A stretch of 64,000 nt of DNA from a virus. Position numbers and translations under genes: made by a program. Below are positions 1 through 6,796 of this stretch, in pieces. The number at the start of each line of letters is the position of its first letter. Positions within the stretch are counted from its first letter, which is position 1. The notes beneath the pieces were generated by a model. That model was not told where the DNA came from. It ran no database searches and saw only the letters and a list, made by a program, of their open reading frames with translations. The DNA is taken from the IMG/VR virus record IMGVR_UViG_3300044960_000476, positions 5,725-69,724 of that record, one strand, 5' to 3'.

Positions 1-389
1 TGCCTAAAAGTAGCTCCAGCCGAAGTACCTTCCTCAACAGTTACAACCGCTTGTTCAAGCTCATCAGCAGTATTTGCGTCCAAAGCACGGGTCATCGCAG
101 TGCTTGGACCATTCCAAATATAAATACCGTTTTCTGCAGCATTAGTTTGAGCCCGCACCAAAACGCGGTCGCCCGTAGACATAGTGATGCCGTCAATAGT
201 GGTGCCGGGGCTAGCCAAGTTAATGTTTGCTTGCGTTGCTACACGTACGCTGTCTTTCCAAGACAAGCCTTCAACAGCCGAGTCTACATACGCTTTAGTA
301 GCAGCGTCTTGGTTGTCAGTGGGGTTAGGCAAGTTAATAATTTTAGCCGCGTTATTAAAGTCCAAATTAGTTGCCACAAGCTTCGCCAT
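1..389 (-). CDS. Virion fibre/decoration protein, N-terminal part (runs off the window)
   Basis: Not in the ORF track. Translated by hand from ATG 389: MAKLVATNLDFNNAAKIINLPNPTDNQDAATKAYVD...WKDSVRVATQANINL...TIDGITMSTGDRVLVRAQT...ENGIY, a motif set typical of phage virion structural/fibre proteins. Confidence 0.75.
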   Translation of the reverse strand, partial: MAKLVATNLDFNNAAKIINLPNPTDNQDAATKAYVDSAVEGLSWKDSVRVATQANINLASPGTTIDGITMSTGDRVLVRAQTNAAENGIYIWNGPSTAMTRALDANTADELEQAVVTVEEGTSAGATFR

Positions 390-401
390 AGTCTACACCT
401 C

Positions 402-722
402 TTAAACGCACCTAGCACGTCCCGCCATTGGGACAGTCAAATAAACCAACGCTTGATTAACAGAAACGTGAACAATTTCAGCCAATACTTCTGAACTTCC
501 TACGTTGTAAACATGAATGTCGGGAAAATACCCCAAATTGTGATTAATAGTCCATACAGATGCAGGCGCGGCTTGGAAATGCTCATAAGCAACTGCGCCC
601 CCGCCTGCAGATGAAGTAGTTATACGTGGCGGCCTGACACCAACTGAAACAACCCGAATACCGCGCTGGGATACATAAACCCTGCGTTGGGAGTTTAAAA
701 CATACATTTGTCGCCCGGTCAT
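402..722 (-). CDS. Phage virion structural protein
   Basis: Likely start ATG 722 overlapping the upstream stop (ATGA). WTINHNLGYFPDIHVY motif common in small phage fibre-associated proteins. Confidence 0.6.
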   Translation of the reverse strand: MTGRQMYVLNSQRRVYVSQRGIRVVSVGVRPPRITTSSAGGGAVAYEHFQAAPASVWTINHNLGYFPDIHVYNVGSSEVLAEIVHVSVNQALVYLTVPMAGRARCV

Positions 723-1261
723 GAGGTAATATCCTCCAAAACAATAAACGCCCCCAACAAGGGAGTTTCTACTGTTGCGGGCGAGCCGGGCCAAGTAACC
801 TCAAGGTCATAATTATATCGGCCAGGCGGCATGTTCATGTTCGCCGACTCAACGCGAATAATAAACAACCCCATTGGGGCTTGTGCGCCAGACGGTAAAC
901 CGGCTGATAAAGGCTCTACTTTCAACTCGGTTTCACCTTCTGCAGCATCTTGCGTAAGCCGTACAAGCACGTTACCAAACTTTAAAGTTTGTTTGGTTTC
1001 TGAATTGCCCAACAAAGGACCAGGTAACGGTAAAACAGACAACGTATTAGTTCCTGCTACTGCATTTGCAGCCAACACTACTGGTCCTGGTATTTGAATT
1101 CGTCCGTTAGCAGTGCTAGCTTCTAAAAGCAGCTGGCGCGCTGCGTTGCGAATTTGAAGCCGAATAGAAGCTCCAGTAAGGTTTTCTAAACCCAATGCGT
1201 CTTCAAGCCAAATGGGTAGCTCCCAAGTATCGCCTCTAACAACAGTTATGTTGTGAGTCAT
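719..1261 (-). CDS. Phage structural protein, BppU-like beta-sandwich
   Basis: ITVVRGDTW...LTGASIRLQIR...GRYNYDLEVT pattern; GGGGG RBS upstream. Confidence 0.55.
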   Translation of the reverse strand: MTHNITVVRGDTWELPIWLEDALGLENLTGASIRLQIRNAARQLLLEASTANGRIQIPGPVVLAANAVAGTNTLSVLPLPGPLLGNSETKQTLKFGNVLVRLTQDAAEGETELKVEPLSAGLPSGAQAPMGLFIIRVESANMNMPPGRYNYDLEVTWPGSPATVETPLLGAFIVLEDITS

Positions 1262-1334
1262 GTTTTGCTACCCCCTGCAAAAGTAATTGCCCAAAACCAT
1301 GCCAGAAGTTTATACACAGCACTCTCCCAACACG

Positions 1335-2750
1335 TTACAGCGGTATATTTGACAAGTCGTCAAGCTCTTCAAAAGCGTCTTCAATGTCTACTGTAAAATT
1401 AGGCTCGACTGCGTGGGGTAATGCAGGGTTTTCCTCAGGCAAATACCAAGCAGCCATAGCCAAGCTAACTACCCTGTCATCTTTACCACGCCCCGCTGCA
1501 TGCATTTTAAGCGCACCCGACGGGGTGCGCTCATACACAAAGTCAGCAAACTCCTGAATGTATTCTTTGTCGTCAGGTAAAACAATACGTTGGTTTTCAA
1601 TAAGCAACGCTAGCTTGTTAATGTATTTTTCTTTTTCGACTGTCGTGCCAAAGTTAGCAGTCGACAAAGGAACGCCCATATTAGCCAGCTGCTCAGTAAG
1701 CGGGTCACCAATACCACGCGAGTCAACCACAACAAAAGAGTTGGGGTATTCGCGTTGTAGAGCAGCTAACTGATTAAGCTGGCGCTCCCAACTAACAGTA
1801 TTAAGTCGCTGCACACGAACAACAGTGCGTGTGTCTAAATTTAAGACAGTAAAAACGCTAAAGTCGTCTAAGCGAGCAAAGTCAGCACCAATTACATAAC
1901 GGTGAAATTTACTTTGTGTATTAATTGGCGTAACAAACAATTCGTTTTCCGTTTTGTGCCAAACTTTTTGTTTTGGGCATTCCCACAAACGTTGAAATAC
2001 TGAGCCTGAGTCAGGAATAAACTCTGCGCCATATTCTTGACGAAAAGCACGTTCAGGTTGAATTCGCTTTTGTTGCTCAAAAAACTCCGCAGAAACGTTT
2101 GGGTTTGCTTCCCATGTAGGAAGTTGCCAACAAGCGTATTGCGTATGGTTGGGCCAACCCGGTTTGTCTTTATATTCTAAAGCCGTCCTAAACAGTTCAT
2201 ATACCCAGTCATAACCTTTAGGCGTAGTAATAAGCAACACCCAACCTTGCGTCGTAGTCAATGTGGGCAACAAGCTTTCAAAAAACACTTGTTGGTCCGT
2301 CATTGCCGCTTCGTCCATGATTAGGTAGTCGAGGGTAGCACCACGCAAGTTATCGGGGTTGTCACTGGTTTTTCCCTGAAAGCGGCTAGTTGCTACAAAA
2401 CGGCCTTTGCTGTCGTAATGATGCACGTCTAGACGCATCATGCGCCGCGACAGCGATATTTCTCGTTTACCAGGAAGACGCTCGTGTGCCTTTTTAACCA
2501 TTTCCGCTACACGCTCAAAAACAAAAGTAGCTTGCTCGTAAGTTGGTGCAACTACCCAACCGCGAGAACCGTGGCTAAACAAAATTTCGTAAGCTGCCTC
2601 AACAGCAGCTATTTGGCTTTTACCAGACTGACGGCCTACTACTACAACCCTATATTGCGCCCAAGAGTCATGAACGGCTTGTTGGTAAGGATAAGGCTTA
2701 TAGTCGATAAGACGGAAAAAAGCTGAAGAGGGGGCATGTTTCCTAAGCAT
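1335..2750 (-). CDS. terL: Terminase large subunit
   Basis: Walker A GRQSGKS, VAPTYEQA, NLRGATLDYLIMDEAA (Walker B), TTPKG, nuclease IGADFARLDD and KDDRV. Closely resembles Thermus phage P74-26 TerL as I recall it. Confidence 0.97.
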   Translation of the reverse strand: MLRKHAPSSAFFRLIDYKPYPYQQAVHDSWAQYRVVVVGRQSGKSQIAAVEAAYEILFSHGSRGWVVAPTYEQATFVFERVAEMVKKAHERLPGKREISLSRRMMRLDVHHYDSKGRFVATSRFQGKTSDNPDNLRGATLDYLIMDEAAMTDQQVFFESLLPTLTTTQGWVLLITTPKGYDWVYELFRTALEYKDKPGWPNHTQYACWQLPTWEANPNVSAEFFEQQKRIQPERAFRQEYGAEFIPDSGSVFQRLWECPKQKVWHKTENELFVTPINTQSKFHRYVIGADFARLDDFSVFTVLNLDTRTVVRVQRLNTVSWERQLNQLAALQREYPNSFVVVDSRGIGDPLTEQLANMGVPLSTANFGTTVEKEKYINKLALLIENQRIVLPDDKEYIQEFADFVYERTPSGALKMHAAGRGKDDRVVSLAMAAWYLPEENPALPHAVEPNFTVDIEDAFEELDDLSNIPL

Positions 2751-2791
2751 ATATGTATGTATGTATCAAGCCCCCACTGTATGCTCTTATT

Positions 2792-2802
2792 ATTATACCA
2801 TA
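2792..2802 (-). promoter_or_regulatory. Extended -10 promoter (TATGGTATAAT) for terL
   Basis: TGnTATAAT in the terS-terL gap; the same 14-mer TTTATGGTATAATA occurs at 4797-4810. Confidence 0.7.
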
Positions 2803-2804
2803 AA

Positions 2805-3368
2805 TTAGTCTTTTACTGAACTATATTCCACGTCAATTACTTTTGGGGGCTTCCTAACGAATTCGTCAAGCTTAATAGCTTCGCCTTCGGGTAACGCGGT
2901 CGCGGCGTTGGAAGTGTTCTTAAGCCTATTGCTCATTTCAGTAATAACCGCAAGTCTTGCACGTCTTATTTGTTCGAGAATTTGTAGCTGTTTTGTCAAG
3001 TCTTTAACGGAAACCGGCTCAATGCGCTTACCGTTTTCGTCGTAATATTGTCCTTCATTTTGCATTTGCCAATTACTTTTGGCGCGAAGGTACAGCTCAT
3101 TCATTTCTTGCTCAATAACAACGCTTTTTGCTAAATAACCCGCTAATTCATGCTCAACTAGGCTAGACAAGTCAATATTGCCTACCGCCGCTTTGATGCG
3201 GCGGTAGGCTTTTTCGACTTGCTTAATGGTGCAGTCATACTGCTTGACTAAAGTGTTGTAAATTTCTCGTTGCGTAAAACCCCAAGATGCAAGAGTAAAT
3301 ACCTGTTCATAAAAACTGACCTCTTCTTTTGACTTTACAAGCTGTCGCACCTTATCCAGCACTGACAT
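2805..3368 (-). CDS. terS: Terminase small subunit
   Basis: Directly upstream of terL. N-terminal HTH (VSFYEQVFTLASWGFTQREIYNTL) plus helical oligomerisation region, resembling P74-26 TerS. Confidence 0.8.
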   Translation of the reverse strand: MSVLDKVRQLVKSKEEVSFYEQVFTLASWGFTQREIYNTLVKQYDCTIKQVEKAYRRIKAAVGNIDLSSLVEHELAGYLAKSVVIEQEMNELYLRAKSNWQMQNEGQYYDENGKRIEPVSVKDLTKQLQILEQIRRARLAVITEMSNRLKNTSNAATALPEGEAIKLDEFVRKPPKVIDVEYSSVKD

Positions 3369-4062
3369 AAAGCTTCAGCACCTCCAAAATTGCTTGACTT
3401 CTTCGATAACGTCGAGTAATGGGCAACTCTACGCCAGCGCTTTCAAGCTTGGTAATAGTTTTGCCAAGTAATTCCTCAAATTCAGAGTGGTCGTCTTCAG
3501 TGCCAAACCTAAGTACTGCAATAATGTCTTCCCGCTCTTCGTTGCGCTTTACACGAACAGGTACTTGTTTAGTGCGTGTGTTAATTGCCGCCAGCGCGTC
3601 AGCTAAAAAGTCTTTAGGTTGACCCATAGCTGACGCCAACTCGTCAAGAGTTTTACCACGCTTTTTAAGGGCTTCCACAATTAATCCGGTTTTTACCAAG
3701 TCTTCTCCTGAACCACGGTTATGGTTCAGGCTTTGGCCTAGCTCAATTAATTCTTCTACTTTAAATTCCGACAGCTTACCCATTACAAGCGCAGGAATGC
3801 TGTCGGGCAGCAAGCCGCGCTCAACGCCAAGCGAATAAGCAGTAAAACGCTGCTCGCCGTCCACTAGCATATAAGCGCCTGAGGGCCTGTAGTTTTTCTC
3901 ATTCCAATTTACTTCACAGTCCCATTCAACCACCAAAATAGGGTCACGCATTCCTTTGCTAACAATGCTGTTTAAAATGCCTTCTAATTCTTCCTTAGTA
4001 GCAAAGTGCGGGTTCCAAGGGTTTCTAGCAATAACGTTAACAGAAAGGTTCTTAAGCTCCAT
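3352..4062 (-). CDS. ParB/Srx N-terminal domain protein
   Basis: NPWNP...SIVSKGMRDPILV...YMLVDGEQRF...NHNRG. Start taken at ATG 4062 after GGAG. Confidence 0.85.
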   Translation of the reverse strand: MELKNLSVNVIARNPWNPHFATKEELEGILNSIVSKGMRDPILVVEWDCEVNWNEKNYRPSGAYMLVDGEQRFTAYSLGVERGLLPDSIPALVMGKLSEFKVEELIELGQSLNHNRGSGEDLVKTGLIVEALKKRGKTLDELASAMGQPKDFLADALAAINTRTKQVPVRVKRNEEREDIIAVLRFGTEDDHSEFEELLGKTITKLESAGVELPITRRYRRSQAILEVLKLYVSAG

Positions 4063-4768
4063 TATTTGCTCCATTCTTCTTAGGCGGGTAAATGTGGTAA
4101 GGCCATTGAGGTGGTTCTTTTCCACGTGACAAAATTTCGTCAATTTCTGCCTTAGTAAGCGGCGCCTTCCAAACTATATTGGCATGCAACGGATAAAATA
4201 CGTTTTTAAAAACACACCTTACGGCAATGCTAAGCGCATCCCGCTCATCAACAAAGCGCATCATGTCTGCTTTTTTAAGCCGCCACACAGCCAAAGGGCG
4301 GTCATCGTCTAGGCCAACAAGCCACAACTCGTCGCATAGTTTGCTGTATTGACGGTGGTGAAAACGAAACCGCCAGCGTACATGACCAAAAGTTTTTTCT
4401 TTGCTAATTGTTGAACCTTTTACTTCGACAGTGCGCCCATTGATAGTGCCGTCATAAGCACCCATTGGGAAGTCTTCTTCTTCCAAACCAAAATTCTCTT
4501 TCAAAAAGCGAATAGCGGCTCTACCCACAGCTATTTTAGTAGAGTTGGGGCGTGCACCAATTGCCTCAACAAAGCGCCCCCAGCGTCTAAAAATAGTTTC
4601 AATTTGTTTTGCACTTGGGTATGTAATGCCATGCGCTTCTCGATAGTGTTGCAAGTTTTCACCGCGCCAGTCTAAACGGCTTGGTGGCCTACCTTCACGC
4701 TCCATAAAATGGCGTCCATAGTTGATGTAAATAGGACGGTACTTATCTCTGTCTAAATACCTAGGCAT
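4052..4768 (-). CDS. Putative endonuclease (homing-endonuclease-associated repeat plus PD-(D/E)XK domain)
   Basis: GRPPS...YPSAKQIETIFRRWGRFVEAIG repeat unit, then YDG...VEVKGS nuclease core; GGGAGG RBS. Confidence 0.6.
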   Translation of the reverse strand: MPRYLDRDKYRPIYINYGRHFMEREGRPPSRLDWRGENLQHYREAHGITYPSAKQIETIFRRWGRFVEAIGARPNSTKIAVGRAAIRFLKENFGLEEEDFPMGAYDGTINGRTVEVKGSTISKEKTFGHVRWRFRFHHRQYSKLCDELWLVGLDDDRPLAVWRLKKADMMRFVDERDALSIAVRCVFKNVFYPLHANIVWKAPLTKAEIDEILSRGKEPPQWPYHIYPPKKNGANNGA

Positions 4769-4797
4769 ATAACCTCCCTTAAAAGTTAGCTAACCCT

Positions 4798-4808
4798 ATT
4801 ATACCATA
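4798..4808 (-). promoter_or_regulatory. Extended -10 promoter heading the packaging operon
   Basis: TATGGTATAAT 30 nt upstream of ATG 4768. Confidence 0.7.
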
Positions 4809-4868
4809 AACATAGTTTAAAAATGTTTTACGCGGTCGGGGGTGGTGGGAAAGAATATTTGTGAGTGG

Positions 4869-4952
4869 GGGTTTTTGTGTGGAATTGCCTTTGAGAGGGT
4901 TTTTGTGTGGAATTACCTTTGAATGAAAGGCTTTGAATGGAATTACCTTTGA
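4869..4952. repeat. Three direct repeats GGAATT(A/G)CCTTTGA, period 28-30 bp
   Basis: GGGTTTTTGTGTGGAATTRCCTTTGA at 4869 and 4897; core again at 4938. Confidence 0.85.
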
Positions 4953-5037
4953 GTTGTTGGTGAGCGGCCAATCTAAACACGCGATAATGCGATAAAAATC
5001 GGCCCCCCGACCCCCGACCCCGACCTCGCACTCCATA

Positions 5038-5066
5038 TTGTTTGTTTGGAGGGGATGGGGTACGCT
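5038..5066 (+). promoter_or_regulatory. Possible host sigma-A promoter at the start of the early region
   Basis: TTGTTT-17 nt-TACGCT upstream of AAGGAGGT RBS. Confidence 0.4.
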
Positions 5067-5084
5067 AGACTCATCAAGGAGGTA

Positions 5085-5174
5085 ATGGACGAGGCAGACA
5101 GGCACACACCCGCAACCCACATCGGCAATCGGCCCAAAGCCCACACTGCGAGGCTACCCTCGCGAGAAACTTGA
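5085..5174 (+). CDS. Small early peptide (29 aa)
   Basis: Perfect AAGGAGGT RBS before ATG; MDEADRHTPATHIGNRPKAHTARLPSRET; next gene's RBS follows the stop. Confidence 0.45.
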   Translation: MDEADRHTPATHIGNRPKAHTARLPSRET

Positions 5175-5187
5175 CAAGGAGGCTGGT

Positions 5188-5610
5188 ATGTTCCAGGAAA
5201 TGCGCAAGGTCTTCACGGCGGTCATGGACACTCTCTCGACTTCTCCGGCTCTCATCGGCCACGTGGTGGTACAACTGGAGAAGTGGGATATCAGCGATAC
5301 CGCGTGGACGGTCATCTCGTTCCGCTTGCGCGGGAAGCTGCTGGGTTACCTGCGGGTCTTCAGCAGCTACGCGGTGGCCCGGGCCAAGTACCCGGAAGGC
5401 AGCAAGCCCTACGTCTTGTGGCGGTATTGCGTCGAGCAGGTGAGTGAGCCTCTTGGCACACTTGCACCCAGCATCGGCGAGCTTGAGGACGATGTCCTCG
5501 ACGAACTCCAGGCCGAGGCTGAAGCCGAACGGCAGGAGCGCGAGAACGGTCTCAAGCAGATGGTGACCAAAGGCCGTGTCCGTAAGGCCACAAAGGCCGA
5601 CGGCAAGTAG
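5188..5610 (+). CDS. Hypothetical early protein
   Basis: AAGGAGG RBS, 140 aa, GC3-rich codons. Confidence 0.8.
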   Translation: MFQEMRKVFTAVMDTLSTSPALIGHVVVQLEKWDISDTAWTVISFRLRGKLLGYLRVFSSYAVARAKYPEGSKPYVLWRYCVEQVSEPLGTLAPSIGELEDDVLDELQAEAEAERQERENGLKQMVTKGRVRKATKADGK

Positions 5611-5618
5611 CACATACC

Positions 5619-5647
5619 GGGAGTGAGCCCAGTTTGGGCTCACTCCC
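5619..5647 (+). other. Perfect 13-bp intergenic hairpin
   Basis: GGGAGTGAGCCCA-GTT-TGGGCTCACTCCC; no U-tract. Confidence 0.7.
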
Positions 5648-5671
5648 AAACCCAAAGAATGGAGGTAAACC

Positions 5672-5929
5672 ATGCTCAAAGTCAAGATGAATCAAAATGT
5701 CCTGAGCACGTTGAAATTCGTGGGTAAGACAATGTATAACGGTATCAGCATTACTTATCAACCGTGTATTTGGTCTCGTAAACGCGCAATTTCAATCAGC
5801 TTGCGCAATAAGGTTTTGGCGTATGGCGAGTTCGACGGCGACGGGGACGTAATTACGTTCCGTCTAGTGAGCCAAGATAAGTACTACGCCCAATTAGCAG
5901 CCAGGGTCATTCGGATGATTACCGAATGA
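5672..5929 (+). CDS. Hypothetical early protein
   Basis: GGAGGT RBS, 85 aa. Confidence 0.8.
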   Translation: MLKVKMNQNVLSTLKFVGKTMYNGISITYQPCIWSRKRAISISLRNKVLAYGEFDGDGDVITFRLVSQDKYYAQLAARVIRMITE

Positions 5930-5934
5930 CTCAG

Positions 5935-5972
5935 GAATAAGCGCCAGGGGAGTTATCCCCTGGCGCTTATTC
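5935..5972 (+). terminator. Terminator-like hairpin
   Basis: GAATAAGCGCCAGGGGA-GTTA-TCCCCTGGCGCTTATTC just after the stop at 5929. Confidence 0.6.
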
Positions 5973-6150
5973 GTTGCTTGTGCGCTGTGGCCTGTGGCGC
6001 GACAGCGTTGACGCTGATGCTGTCAACTCGGCCCAGGCTGTAGCGCTGACGCTTGGCCTAGCGCTGCTGGGCCGATGGCTTGGGCTTGGGCTTGGGCGAC
6101 GGCGGCGGCGGCGGCGCGCCCCGGCGGAGCCGGGCAAGGGCGCCTGTGAT

Positions 6151-6549
6151 GTAGTACACCTCTGATGTGGTACGACAAAACGCGGGCCGCAAAAGGGTCA
6201 GAGAATTTGATAGCCCCCCGGAGAGGCCCAACCCGCCCACCCAAAAGTAGTACACCAAAAGCAAAAACCGGACATGACTGAGGTAGTACGCCAGCGCTCG
6301 GCTGTGGTTGCCCCGCTCGTCCCACCACTCGCGGTCCGTACCACCCCCATCGCGCCCACCCTCAAAGGTGGTACACACGCACAGCGCGGTAGAGGTAGTG
6401 GTGGTTTTCTCTCACAAGGCTGAGGTAGTACACCCGGCGGGCCTTGACTGGCCCGCCCGCCCACCCTAAGGTAGTACACCGTCCATCAGCCGGTCCATGC
6501 GGGTGGCCGGTCCTGACTGGCCCGCCCACCCGCCCTTAGTTGGTACGCC
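6151..6549 (+). repeat. Cluster of GTRGTACRCC boxes with CCCGCCCACC boxes
   Basis: Copies at 6151, 6167, 6247, 6283, 6368, 6425, 6471 and about 6540, plus one inverted at 6338. Confidence 0.8.
6444..6472 (+). promoter_or_regulatory. Host sigma-A promoter upstream of the phage RNAP gene
   Basis: TTGACT-17 nt-TAAGGT. Confidence 0.55.
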
Positions 6550-6595
6550 CGCCGCCCACGAGAAAAACAAAAAACAAAAAACAAAAAAACAAAAA

Positions 6596-6621
6596 CGCCT
6601 ACCGGCGACTGACCAGCGGAG
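6596..6621 (+). promoter_or_regulatory. Hairpin motif copy (putative phage-RNAP promoter)
   Basis: CGCC-TACC-GGCG ACTGA CCAGCGG, preceded by A-tracts at 6563-6595. Confidence 0.55.
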
Positions 6622-6626
6622 CAAAA

Positions 6627-6788
6627 GAAAGGAGTGACAACTCCTTTCGCGGCAGCGCCGCCGCTACCGGCCTAGCACGGGCGGCCTGTCGGCGGTCAAG
6701 GGTTCGCTTCGCCCTTCGGCCCTTGACCGCCTGGCCGCCCGTGCTGGCCTCCGCTTAAGCGGCGCTGCCGCTATGCGAAAGGAGTTGT
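6627..6788 (+). promoter_or_regulatory. Structured 5' leader of the RNAP gene (about 150-nt rod pairing with the SD)
   Basis: Nested arms ACAACTCCTTTCGC/GCGAAAGGAGTTGT, GGCAGCGCCGC/GCGGCGCTGCC, AGCACGGGCGGCC/GGCCGCCCGTGCT, GGCGGTCAAGGG/CCCTTGACCGCC. Confidence 0.75.
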
Positions 6789-6796
6789 GGTAGAAG

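Noticed and set aside
6069-6115. GGG(CTT) tracts and a short GGC run as a G-quadruplex
   Set aside because: The first loop is long and such runs are expected in GC-rich DNA; no supporting evidence.
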